Shown here: positions 1 through 9,138 of the stretch, one piece after another | Layout: every line of letters begins with the position of its first letter | Numbering within the stretch: position 1 is the stretch's first letter | NCBI GenBank assembly: GCA_963662275.1 | Contig: OY759316.1 | Span: 1,088,001 to 1,152,000, forward strand | Length of the DNA stretch: 64,000 nucleotides | Origin: Candidatus Cloacimonadales bacterium | Lineage (GTDB): Bacteria; Cloacimonadota; Cloacimonadia; Cloacimonadales; DAONDQ01 | Direction of reading: 5' to 3' | The notes under the pieces: model-generated | Told to the model about the DNA's origin: nothing | Seen by the model: the letters and a program-made list of their open reading frames with translations, nothing else | Databases searched by the model: none | Translations under genes and position numbers: made by a program

Positions 1-1511
1 GGAATCTTAGTTTGGGTAATTCCTTCCATATAGCGGTAATTAAAAGTTCCTTCTTTCACAGCTTCTTCAATCATTCCTTTTGTAGGCTGTTCAAGAGTTA
101 TTAGGATTCCAAATTCAGCATTCTGGCTTTGAATAGTTCCTTTCAAGTCTCTCACCATTCCCGGATTGATACTGTGACCACCTTTTACTGAGATAATCCC
201 CTTTCCCACTTTATCTTTCCTGGTATGATCTACAAAATTGATTACACCGTCCACACCCTTATCACCTGATTTTACCGTTGGAGTAGCATTTAATTGACTG
301 ACAGCCCAGACTTCAAATTGGAATGGTGCCTGTTCAGCTAGTTTAGTTGCAGATAGTAAATCGTTTGGAACACCATTTACTTTAAAATCTACTTTCTCGA
401 TAAGGTCATTTTTGATTAATCGCTTCTTAATTACATCTATCGAAAGATAGGTAATATCAATTCCCACCCATTTTCTTTTCTGCTTTTCTGCTGCTGCTAT
501 AGTAGTTCCACAACCACAGAATGGGTCTAAAACGATATCACCTTCATTAGTACTCGCTTTGATAACTCTCTCAAGCAAGGCTTCTGGTTTTTGAGTAGGA
601 TAACCCATTCGTTCTTCTTTGGAAGCTATCTTAATATCAGTCCAGATATCTGGACACTTGTTGCCCTGCATCTCATCTAAATAACGTATTAAACGAGGAC
701 ATCCGTTACTCGTATAGGCAATTTTCCCAGCATCGTCTAATTGCCTCATCTTCTCTTCATTATAAACGAAACATCTTGAAGTTGGAGGAGTATATCCTTT
801 CCAAGAATAGATCTGTCCTTTTGATGCTCGTGACATGGGGGCAGTCAAATCCGTTAATTGATATTTCCTATCATTCTTACCGATTTTATTATAAAAATTC
901 TCAACATAGTCTTCATCATATGCAGCATATTGTTGGTTCCAAGTCCAGTCATTTGTTTTCGAGTAAAATAGGATTACATCATGTATCCAACCGTATTTCT
1001 TTTGAACATTTCCTTTGGCATCAGTCCTCTTCCAAATGATTTCGTTATGGAAATTACCTGTACCGAAAACAGCGTCCATTAACATTTTGATATAATGACT
1101 TGCTATGGGATCGCAATGAAGATATATGCTACCAGTTGGTTTTAATACTCTTTTCATTTCTAAAAGCCTGGGAGCCATCATACACAAATATGCCATCAAT
1201 GGACATTCTGCGAGATAACTACGCATAGCTTTCATCAAATCTATCAGCTTTTGACTTGGAGGTTCAATGGTAAGCGTACCCATGAGTAATTCAATATATT
1301 CTTTTTCTGCTTCTGCACCCCAATTCCAGGTATCTTCAAATGTCTTTATTTGTGAAGTTGCACCTTTCAAGCCATTGGATTCTGGTTTGAAAATGATATT
1401 GTAATCGCGACCACTTTGAAAAGGTGGATCAAGGTATATCAGGTCAATGCTGGAGTCTTTGATGCTTTTCTTAAGAATATCAAGGTTATCCCCATAAAAC
1501 AGATTGTTCAT
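1..1511 (-). CDS. Site-specific DNA methyltransferase (N6-adenine/N4-cytosine, beta class) with probable C-terminal Mrr-like restriction-endonuclease domain; runs off the left edge of the window
   Basis: Not in ORF track (no stop inside window). Manual translation from ATG at 1511 (AAGGGG RBS upstream) gives MNNLFYGDNLDILKKSIKDSSIDLIYLDPPFQSGRDYN (DPPF catalytic motif). Later come YPTQKPEALLERVI and DIVLDPFCGCGTT (SAM-binding FxGxG), then DKGVDG...IISVKGG...VRDLKG...GILITL. Confidence 0.9.
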   Translation of the reverse strand, partial: MNNLFYGDNLDILKKSIKDSSIDLIYLDPPFQSGRDYNIIFKPESNGLKGATSQIKTFEDTWNWGAEAEKEYIELLMGTLTIEPPSQKLIDLMKAMRSYLAECPLMAYLCMMAPRLLEMKRVLKPTGSIYLHCDPIASHYIKMLMDAVFGTGNFHNEIIWKRTDAKGNVQKKYGWIHDVILFYSKTNDWTWNQQYAAYDEDYVENFYNKIGKNDRKYQLTDLTAPMSRASKGQIYSWKGYTPPTSRCFVYNEEKMRQLDDAGKIAYTSNGCPRLIRYLDEMQGNKCPDIWTDIKIASKEERMGYPTQKPEALLERVIKASTNEGDIVLDPFCGCGTTIAAAEKQKRKWVGIDITYLSIDVIKKRLIKNDLIEKVDFKVNGVPNDLLSATKLAEQAPFQFEVWAVSQLNATPTVKSGDKGVDGVINFVDHTRKDKVGKGIISVKGGHSINPGMVRDLKGTIQSQNAEFGILITLEQPTKGMIEEAVKEGTFNYRYMEGITQTKI

Positions 1512-1639
1512 TTGCCCCTTCCTTATAAATTAATAACACATAATGATGATAGATTTAAATGCAATACTAGTGTCAAGATTAATTGAAGTCAAGCATACTA
1601 TTTTTGAACTTCCCTGAAAACGAGTTTTCGCTACCGGGG

Positions 1640-1800
1640 ATGAAAGCTGAGTTCTCCGAGTGAACTGATTTATCTATTTGTCGAGGAGACGACATTTATA
1701 CAACCTTGAGTGTAGTATCGATTCATTTCGATACAATTTCTCCTTCGTCGAAATCACTCAATGAACCGTGTATTCTCTCGTTCGATACTTTAGCTTTCAT
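1640..1800. repeat. Nested inverted-repeat (REP/REPIN-like) structured intergenic element
   Basis: Pairing arms: ATGAAAGCT(1640-48)/AGCTTTCAT(1792-1800), TTGAGTG(1706-12)/CACTCAA(1755-61), GTATCGA(1715-21)/TCGATAC(1728-34), ATTTC/GAAAT(1736-54). Confidence 0.4.
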
Positions 1801-1984
1801 GTAAAGGACGAAGTAGAAAAGCATTCTCAGAGCATAGCCGTTTGAAAACAGCGTTCCGATATTAGTAATGGAAATGTGCTTTCTGTTTACATGTAAAACA
1901 AGCGTGGCTGAAAAAAAACTCATTATTAGCGTCTTCATACCCAAGAGTAATTTAGCTTATTCTAATATATTGACGAAATTGTAT

Positions 1985-2013
1985 TTGTACTTTTTGTGAC
2001 AGCACTTTATAAT
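1985..2013 (+). promoter_or_regulatory. Sigma70-type promoter of the NifU-domain gene
   Basis: TTGTAC(1985-90), 17-bp spacer, TATAAT(2008-13), followed by GGAGG RBS and ATG at 2031. Confidence 0.6.
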
Positions 2014-2030
2014 ATCAAGTGGAGGAAATT

Positions 2031-2258
2031 ATGATTGATAAAACAAAAGTCGAAGAAGTGTTAGATCGCATTCGTCCTGCTATTCAAGCAGATGGTGGAG
2101 ATGTGGAACTTATCAAGATTCGTACAGACAACGTGATTGAAGTAAGGTTAAGTGGAGCTTGTGGAAGTTGTCCCATGGCAACCTTGACCTTGAAGGCTGG
2201 AATTGAACGGGTTCTTAAGGAAGAAATTCCGGAAGTCAAAGAAGTTATCGGCGTATAG
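2031..2258 (+). CDS. NifU C-terminal domain (NfuA-like) Fe-S cluster carrier
   Basis: IRPAIQADGGDVEL...LSGACGSCPMATLTLKAGIE with CxxC. Start moved to ATG 2031 behind GGAGG. Confidence 0.92.
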   Translation: MIDKTKVEEVLDRIRPAIQADGGDVELIKIRTDNVIEVRLSGACGSCPMATLTLKAGIERVLKEEIPEVKEVIGV

Positions 2259-2267
2259 ATCATTTTC

Positions 2268-2314
2268 TATCTTCTTCAGAATTCTTAATGGATACTGAAG
2301 AAGATATTTTTTTT
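2268..2314 (+). terminator. Intrinsic terminator after NifU-domain gene
   Basis: TATCTTCTTCAG/CTGAAGAAGATA 12-bp stem followed by a T-tract. Confidence 0.65.
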
Positions 2315-2392
2315 GTTATTCAGAAGCAAATAATTTCAATCAGAAGATACCCCTGGAGTGGGTGCTACTCTTCTTTAGGAACAAGGGAAAAA

Positions 2393-3163
2393 ATGAGATC
2401 AATTAATCTGCAAAACGAAGTAGAAAAAATCTGCAAATTTATCACTTCTTTCACAAAAGAAAATGGATTTGAAAATGTAATTGTAGGATTGTCTGGTGGA
2501 ATTGATTCTTCTCTCACAGCTACATTGTCTGTAAGAGCTTTAGGAAAGGAGCATGTATATGGTGTTCTGATGCCTTATCGCACAAGCAATCCATTTAGTA
2601 AGTCAGATGCGTTGAAGTTAGCAGAATTTCTGCGTATTAAAACAGAAATTATTGAAATTTCACCAATGGTTGATGGATATTTTCAAAATTATGAACAGGA
2701 AGCGGATATTCTTCGGCGGGGCAATTTCATGGCTCGTACAAGGATGTGTGTGCTTTTTGATCATTCCAGCAAGCATAAAGCACTGGTAGCTGGAACAAGC
2801 AATAAGTCAGAATTAATGACAGGTTATTGTACTCAATATGGAGATTCAGCATGTGCCTTTGAACCCATTGGTCATTTATATAAGACAGAAGTCAGGGGGA
2901 TGGCTAAGATACTTGGTATTCCTTCGAATATAATCGAAAAACCTCCCACTGCTGATCTCTGGGCTGACCAGACAGATGAAGATGAACTAGGTCTGACTTA
3001 TACACGTCTCGATGCAATTTTATATCATATCATGGAAGAAAATCTTCGAGATGATCAGATCATTGAAATAGGCTATTCAAAACAAGAAATCATGAGAGTG
3101 AAATACTTGGGTAAGGTTTCAGCATTTAAACGTCGATTACCAGTTCTGATGGAGGGTTTTTGA
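2393..3163 (+). CDS. nadE: NH3-dependent NAD+ synthetase
   Basis: GLSGGIDS PP-loop, GNFMARTRM, GTSNKSE, YGD, KPPTADLW..QTDEDELG motifs. Likely start ATG 2393. Confidence 0.95.
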   Translation: MRSINLQNEVEKICKFITSFTKENGFENVIVGLSGGIDSSLTATLSVRALGKEHVYGVLMPYRTSNPFSKSDALKLAEFLRIKTEIIEISPMVDGYFQNYEQEADILRRGNFMARTRMCVLFDHSSKHKALVAGTSNKSELMTGYCTQYGDSACAFEPIGHLYKTEVRGMAKILGIPSNIIEKPPTADLWADQTDEDELGLTYTRLDAILYHIMEENLRDDQIIEIGYSKQEIMRVKYLGKVSAFKRRLPVLMEGF

Positions 3164-4386
3164 TAGGATTCCTGAAACGCGATCGTTGTAAGCTTTGCCA
3201 GACCTATCGCGGGAATAGATATTGTCTCAGAAAAGATAAAAATATATGCTGGCATTGCTGTAATCAGATGAGGATTGATAATCGTTGTCCAAAAGGTTGC
3301 GAATACAGGCTTCAAAAAAATGGGGAAGATGCACTGGCTATTGGACGCTGTAAAGTTGACTCCGTATGTGAAAATTATGATTTAAACCGCGAACTTGTTG
3401 ACCAATGGCTTCTAGTGCCAAGCCAGGATTTTGATCAGCAAATTCCATTAAAGATTGCTGAAACAGTTGAAGGACGAGAAAAACTAGCCCATTATATTGA
3501 TAGGATTCCGAATAATATTCTACTTCCTCTAAATTACTTGCGGGAAAGACTGCACCTTCCTACACAGGAAGAGAAATTACCCATCATTGATTATGAATCC
3601 AAGAGCAATGAATTTTTGGAGTTGCTGATATTACAGAAATGGGAAGATACAATTCCTTATTTATATCAAGCGGATTCTTATCAAACTGAAGAAAATACGA
3701 AAATCTATATTGAATCGCTTGTTTCCCAACCTCTAATTCGGAAAATAAAACATTACTCCATGATTTCATCTGCTTATGCCAAAGATGGTCAAGAAGGCTT
3801 GGTATTCTTTGATATCAATCATAAAGATGATTTGACCCTTCACTGGAAGAAGAAGGATGGGAAATGGTTATTATGGGCAAAGATAGGTGGAAATCCGCAA
3901 TTGATCTATGGAGAAAAGAAAGCATTAGAACACATAGAGCATCTTCTTGGTCAACAGAAGTATTCTCAAACGTATGAAACCTTGGATAAATATTCAAGGA
4001 TTTTCCAGGATTCTGGAGATCTTGAATATCATTGGGGTCTATACTATTCTATCCAAGCTGATAAAAAGAAAGCAATTGCTCATTATAATCGAGCCATTTT
4101 GCTGGATCAGGATTTTCACCAGGCACGTTTCAATATGGCATTCATCTTACATGCGGATAATCAGCTTGATAGTGCCCAGTTTCACTATGAGTACCTATTA
4201 AAACTAAACCCCAAAGATATTAAAGTGATGAATAATCTTGCTATTGTCGCTCTGATGAAACAAAACAATGCCCAGGCAAAATCTCTTTGGGAGCAATGCC
4301 TGGCACTTGATCCCGACAACGAGAATGTGGCGAAGAATCTTGAACATTTTATTAAAACAAATACTGACCCCAATTCACTTGATTAA
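3160..4386 (+). CDS. TPR-repeat protein with N-terminal Cys-rich putative Zn-binding domain
   Basis: N-terminus CKLC..RYC..ICWHCC..CPKGCEY; C-terminal TPR helices (AIAHYNRAILLD, ARFNMA, VMNNLA, WEQCLALDPDN). TTG start overlaps the nadE stop. Confidence 0.75.
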   Translation: MIGFLKRDRCKLCQTYRGNRYCLRKDKNICWHCCNQMRIDNRCPKGCEYRLQKNGEDALAIGRCKVDSVCENYDLNRELVDQWLLVPSQDFDQQIPLKIAETVEGREKLAHYIDRIPNNILLPLNYLRERLHLPTQEEKLPIIDYESKSNEFLELLILQKWEDTIPYLYQADSYQTEENTKIYIESLVSQPLIRKIKHYSMISSAYAKDGQEGLVFFDINHKDDLTLHWKKKDGKWLLWAKIGGNPQLIYGEKKALEHIEHLLGQQKYSQTYETLDKYSRIFQDSGDLEYHWGLYYSIQADKKKAIAHYNRAILLDQDFHQARFNMAFILHADNQLDSAQFHYEYLLKLNPKDIKVMNNLAIVALMKQNNAQAKSLWEQCLALDPDNENVAKNLEHFIKTNTDPNSLD

Positions 4387-4399
4387 CAAATGAGCTGAT

Positions 4400-5506
4400 A
4401 TGCCATACGAAGAAAAGTACTTTCATCTAGCTTTTCAGCTAGCAGAACGGGGAAGAGGAAGAACCTCTCCAAATCCTTTTATAGGCGCAGTACTGGTAAA
4501 AGATGGAAACATCATCGGTACGGGTTATACCCAACCTTATGGACATGATCATGCTGAAGTCCAAGCAATCAAAACCGCTAGTACGAATTGCCAGGATGCA
4601 GAACTGTATGTCACTTTAGAGCCTTGTTCACATTATGGAGCAACACCACCATGTGCAGATTTGATTATCGAAAAAGGAATTAGGCGAGTATATATAGGAC
4701 TTGAAGATCCCAATCCCATTGTTCATGGAAAAGGTATTCAGAAGCTCAAAGATGCAGGAATTGAGATTACAGTTGGAATATGGAAAGAGAAGATAGAGAA
4801 GCAATTAGAAGCTTATGTTTATTACATAACACATCAATTTCCGTTTGTTTTCATGAAGAATGCGGTAACACTAGACGGTAAGATTGCAGATCAATCCGGT
4901 AATTCCAAATGGATATCCTGTGAAGAATCACGCACTTTTGTTCACCATCTCAGGCAGGAAGCAGATGCTGTTATTACCGGTATAGGTACTGTTATTACGG
5001 ATAATCCATTATTCAATGTGCGTTTACCGGAAGTATATAAACAACCCTTACGTGTTGTGCTGGACCCTATGCTTGATATACCATCCGATTCACAAGTAGT
5101 ATTAACAGCCCATGAGTTTCCGACGCTGGTAATCAAATCTCTCGATTATGCAAATCCTGAAAAGGAAAGCTCGCTGGTTGAAAAAGGTATTTGTATCGAA
5201 TCAGTTCCTTCTCTTTCAGAAGGACTGGATTTAGAAGCGATTCTCAGGATTCTTCATAAGAAGAAGAAAATGCAGGTCATGATTGAAGCTGGAACTAGGT
5301 TAAGTTCCTCCTTTCTGAGGCATGGCTTGATCAACAAACTATACTATTTTATTGCACCCAAAGTCGTTGGCGGAAAGCATATTCTCTTTGATCATGTAGG
5401 TGTTGCCAACTTATCAGAAGCTATCGAATTTCACATCGATGAGCTGAAACAAGTAGGGCAGGATATTTTAATGATTGCGTATCCTGGGAAAGCTAAAAAT
5501 CAATAA
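4400..5506 (+). CDS. ribD: Bifunctional diaminohydroxyphosphoribosylaminopyrimidine deaminase/reductase (riboflavin biosynthesis)
   Basis: TSPNPFIGAV, HAE, TLEPCSHYGATPPC deaminase motifs; TLDGKIA..SKWIS reductase domain. Confidence 0.96.
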   Translation: MPYEEKYFHLAFQLAERGRGRTSPNPFIGAVLVKDGNIIGTGYTQPYGHDHAEVQAIKTASTNCQDAELYVTLEPCSHYGATPPCADLIIEKGIRRVYIGLEDPNPIVHGKGIQKLKDAGIEITVGIWKEKIEKQLEAYVYYITHQFPFVFMKNAVTLDGKIADQSGNSKWISCEESRTFVHHLRQEADAVITGIGTVITDNPLFNVRLPEVYKQPLRVVLDPMLDIPSDSQVVLTAHEFPTLVIKSLDYANPEKESSLVEKGICIESVPSLSEGLDLEAILRILHKKKKMQVMIEAGTRLSSSFLRHGLINKLYYFIAPKVVGGKHILFDHVGVANLSEAIEFHIDELKQVGQDILMIAYPGKAKNQ

Positions 5507-5655
5507 AAGAAGTCAGTCAATTCCTTAAAATAGAGAGCATGTAAATGTGCTTAACTATTTATATATCAGTATATTAAGCTATTTGATAACAAAATTTTAG
5601 TAGACAGGAAATCTGACTTTTGCCACCATGACCTCGTTAGATATGAGGTAAAAAA

Positions 5656-6153
5656 ATGTTAAAAAGATTTAGTATCTTATTACTCGGCGCTTTTTCCCTG
5701 GCAGCGGTAAGCTTATGCAGCTCACCCGCGGTGACAGTGAAAACGGAGAGTAATAATATGAGACAGAATGATCTAAGCCAACGCGAATTGCAGGGAGAAC
5801 TTGTTGAAGAACCACCTGCCGATTCGGTCCAGACGTTTACTATGAAAGCTACCTATTATTCCAATAGCTTACATGGAAGACGCACGACAAATGGTGAACA
5901 CTACGATAAAAATAAACTTACTTGTGCCCATCGCAAATTCCCCTTCAATACCCTTCTTAAAATCACCAATAAAGATAACGGTAAGCAGGTTATTGTACGC
6001 GTTAATGATCGTGGTCCTTTTACTCGAAAGATGGATCTTGATCTTTCTCATGCCGCTGCTGCAGAATTGGGTATGCTGAAGGCAGGAGTGAAATATGTAC
6101 AAGTACAGGTACTTGGAGTGGAAGAACCGAAACTTTCAGAATCTACTCGATGA
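5656..6153 (+). CDS. rlpA: Septal ring lytic transglycosylase RlpA family protein (DPBB domain)
   Basis: Signal peptide; ATYY..HGRRTTNGE..TCAHRKFPF..VRVNDRGPF..DLSHAAA. Confidence 0.9.
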   Translation: MLKRFSILLLGAFSLAAVSLCSSPAVTVKTESNNMRQNDLSQRELQGELVEEPPADSVQTFTMKATYYSNSLHGRRTTNGEHYDKNKLTCAHRKFPFNTLLKITNKDNGKQVIVRVNDRGPFTRKMDLDLSHAAAAELGMLKAGVKYVQVQVLGVEEPKLSESTR

Positions 6154-7049
6154 CAGACTTATTTATCATATCCCATGAAGTTCAGGAAGCGATAGCTAAT
6201 AAACAGCCTATTCTCGCTCTCGAATCAACTGTTATTACACATGGAATGCCATTTCCGGAAAATGTGCAAACTGCACTCATTTTAGAAACAGAAGCCCGTA
6301 ATCTTGGAGTTACTCCAGCCACGATCTGCGTGATGAACGGAAAGATAAGAATCGGTGTTTCTCAAGATGATCTTTCTGAACTAGGACAAGCTAAGAATTC
6401 TGCCAAGTTATCCTTACGTGATATTCCATATGCATGTCTGAATCAACAAAACGGAGGCACTACAGTATCTGCAACCATGTTATTGGCGCACCAGGCTGGA
6501 ATATCAGTATTTTCAACAGGTGGCATAGGTGGCGTACATCGTGGCAGTGAGCAAACAATGGATGTTTCGGCTGATTTAACAGCTTTAGCTTCTATCCCTA
6601 TGCTGGTTGTCTGTGCCGGTGCAAAACTGATACTTGATTTGCCCAAAACATTGGAATATCTGGAAACTGTATCTGTTCCTGTTTTTGGATATCAGACGAA
6701 TTGCTTCCCAGCTTTTTATTCGAGAACAACACCGTATTCCATTGATCGGATCGATACTCCAAAACAAATTGCTCAGACATTTCTCTATCAAAGAAAATTG
6801 GTTATGCAACAGGGAATGCTGATTGCCAATCCAATACCGCTTGAGAATGAAATACCATTTGATCAGATCAGTGAAGTGATCGACCGTGCTCTTCTTGATG
6901 CAAAACAATTGAAGATCAGAGGGAAAGCAACAACGCCTTATTTATTACAAAGATTATATGAACTAACAGAAGGTGAATCCCTGAAAGCTAATATTGAATT
7001 GATCAGGAATAATGTGCGTCTCGGTGCTTTAATAGCAAAAGAACTGTAA
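6150..7049 (+). CDS. psuG: Pseudouridine-5'-phosphate glycosidase
   Basis: ALESTVITHGMPFP, GTTVSATM, TGGIGGVHRG, DVSADL, GKATTPYLL motifs. Confidence 0.95.
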   Translation: MTDLFIISHEVQEAIANKQPILALESTVITHGMPFPENVQTALILETEARNLGVTPATICVMNGKIRIGVSQDDLSELGQAKNSAKLSLRDIPYACLNQQNGGTTVSATMLLAHQAGISVFSTGGIGGVHRGSEQTMDVSADLTALASIPMLVVCAGAKLILDLPKTLEYLETVSVPVFGYQTNCFPAFYSRTTPYSIDRIDTPKQIAQTFLYQRKLVMQQGMLIANPIPLENEIPFDQISEVIDRALLDAKQLKIRGKATTPYLLQRLYELTEGESLKANIELIRNNVRLGALIAKEL

Positions 7050-7196
7050 TGATTCGGTAGCTCCTCCTTCAGGGTTGAAACTACTTAAGGGGTTGATTGT
7101 ATGATGATCATTGAATGCGTATCGTTCATTTTTAACTAATGTCCTGAAGGACAAAGAAGCTTCCTGAAGTAATCTTTACCATCCCTGAAGTGATAA

Positions 7197-8318
7197 CTAC
7201 AGCTTCACTAATTTTCTCACTAAAACATCCAGACCTTCTTCCAGTTTTGCCACTCCTAAACCATAACTGATACGCAGCCAACCAGTACCGTTCATACCAA
7301 AGGCTCTTCCAGGTGCCGTAATTACACCTGACTTCGCCAGTTTTTGTGCAAAAGCCAGGTCATCATGTTGGATGTTAAGAAAAAGATAAAAGGCTGCTGC
7401 GGGCTTAATGACAAGTGTTTTTGTTGAACGATTCAGAATATCCATACAAATTTGATAATTAGTCTCTAAAGTATCATTTAACCTGGTCAGGGATTCCATT
7501 CCTTCTGCGGATAAGGCTGAAATAGCAAGTCGCTGTCCCAAGTTACCTGCACAAGTGGAAATATACTGGTGAGCTATTACGATAGGTTTGACCAGTTGTT
7601 CATTTCCAATGACCCAACCTATGCGCCAGCCAGTCATACAATGCGATTTAGAAACACCTGAAACAATCAGCAATTGATCATATTTTCCGTAAAAGCTTGG
7701 AATGGGTATATCGAGAGATAATTCCCGATATACTTCATCTACAATTAGAATCACATCGTTTTGTCGGCAACCTTCTATAATAATATTTATTTCTTTTTCC
7801 GTAAATATTGTACCCAAAGGATTTGATGGATAGCAGATGAGCAAGCATTTAGGTTTTAATTTCATTGCTTCATTGAGTACAGAATCATCTAACTGAAACT
7901 GGTTTGCAGCATCTAAAGGAACAGAGACCGGGACTCCGCCAAGCATCCTGATTATGGCACTGTAAGCCGGATAACAAGGTTCCAGGATAATGACTTTATC
8001 TCCTGTATCAATGTAAGAAGTTAGAGAAGCATATAATGCTTCTTCAGCTCCATTTGTAACACAGACTCCTTCTGTATTTGCTTCATCATCATAGTGTCTG
8101 GCTATTGCTGCTCGCAGTTCTGGAAGTCCGGCATTGGGTGTATAAGAGAAAGTAGTGGTCCTGACAAGTTCAGTTGCTTTATCTTTTAAGAATGAAGGCA
8201 TGGGAAACTGTATTTCACCTAATCCAAGATTAACTGCATCTGATGGGGCAGAATCATAGATTTGGCGTATCAGGGACTTTTCTATCCCAGAGACTCTATG
8301 GGAAACTTTGGTTTGCAT
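7197..8318 (-). CDS. PLP-dependent aminotransferase class I/II (candidate diaminopimelate-pathway aminotransferase)
   Basis: NLGLGE, YTPNAGLPELR, PSNPLG, DEVY, SKSHCMTGWRIG (PLP lysine). Start overlaps the dapD stop. Confidence 0.88.
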   Translation of the reverse strand: MQTKVSHRVSGIEKSLIRQIYDSAPSDAVNLGLGEIQFPMPSFLKDKATELVRTTTFSYTPNAGLPELRAAIARHYDDEANTEGVCVTNGAEEALYASLTSYIDTGDKVIILEPCYPAYSAIIRMLGGVPVSVPLDAANQFQLDDSVLNEAMKLKPKCLLICYPSNPLGTIFTEKEINIIIEGCRQNDVILIVDEVYRELSLDIPIPSFYGKYDQLLIVSGVSKSHCMTGWRIGWVIGNEQLVKPIVIAHQYISTCAGNLGQRLAISALSAEGMESLTRLNDTLETNYQICMDILNRSTKTLVIKPAAAFYLFLNIQHDDLAFAQKLAKSGVITAPGRAFGMNGTGWLRISYGLGVAKLEEGLDVLVRKLVKL

Positions 8319-9136
8319 TAACGTAAGTCCATTTCCAATTCAACAGAACGGTCTGACTTATGATCTCGATACTTGATAATGATTGGACAATAGGCATGAA
8401 ATCCGGGTCTGCCCGTAAGTTCACGACTACCGGGTACAACAACGGCATTTGCAGGAATAATGACAGCTTTGCCTGCTGTTTTGGGAAGGAATATTTGATG
8501 AACAGAATCATATACAGGTGTCCCTGCTGTGATGATTGTTCCGGCAGCGATAATGGCATTTTCCTTCACAATGACACCTTCATACAGGCCTGTATTACCC
8601 CCGATGAATACATTATCCTCGATGATTACGGGATTACCGCCTATAGGCTCCAAAACACCACCTAGAATCGCTGCTGCTGAAAGATGTACATTCTTACCTA
8701 TTTGAGCACAACTGCCAACCAGGGCATGGGAATCGACCATACAGCCCTCATCTATGAAGGCACCCACGTTCACATAAGCGGGTGGCATGATAGTAACTCC
8801 CTGGGCAATGTAACATCCATCTCTGACAGATGTACCACCTGGTACGATACGGACTTTATCAGTAATGCGGAATTTCTTCAATGGATATGTGTTTTTATCG
8901 AAGAATGTCTGACTTCCTCCACCATTCATTTCCGACAGCATACCCATACGAAAACCAAGCAGAATTCCTTTCTTGATCCAAGTATTGACAATCCAGTCTC
9001 CATTGATCTTTGTACAAGCTCTTATCGTACCTTGATTCAAGGCATTCTTGAATTCATGGAAGATTAAGATATCTTCCATAAGATAATGCTGTTTTTCATA
9101 TAATTCTTCGATTAATTTCTGTAACTCCATATTCAC
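8318..9136 (-). CDS. dapD: 2,3,4,5-tetrahydropyridine-2,6-dicarboxylate N-succinyltransferase
   Basis: WIVNTWIKKGILLGFR, RIVPGG, YVNVGAFIDEGCMVDSHALVGSCAQIGKNVHLSAAAILGGVLEP hexapeptide region. Confidence 0.95.
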   Translation of the reverse strand: MNMELQKLIEELYEKQHYLMEDILIFHEFKNALNQGTIRACTKINGDWIVNTWIKKGILLGFRMGMLSEMNGGGSQTFFDKNTYPLKKFRITDKVRIVPGGTSVRDGCYIAQGVTIMPPAYVNVGAFIDEGCMVDSHALVGSCAQIGKNVHLSAAAILGGVLEPIGGNPVIIEDNVFIGGNTGLYEGVIVKENAIIAAGTIITAGTPVYDSVHQIFLPKTAGKAVIIPANAVVVPGSRELTGRPGFHAYCPIIIKYRDHKSDRSVELEMDLR

Positions 9137-9138
9137 CT

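Noticed and set aside
776..1039. 87-aa plus-strand ORF
   Set aside because: Antisense to the methyltransferase gene; no RBS or recognisable motifs.
1723..1944. 73-aa minus-strand ORF
   Set aside because: Non-ATG start, no RBS, overlaps the palindromic element, and has no protein-like features.
7060..7195. Short CCTGAAG/CTTCAGG repeats between convergent psuG and aminotransferase genes
   Set aside because: Too short and degenerate to support a defined element or terminator.
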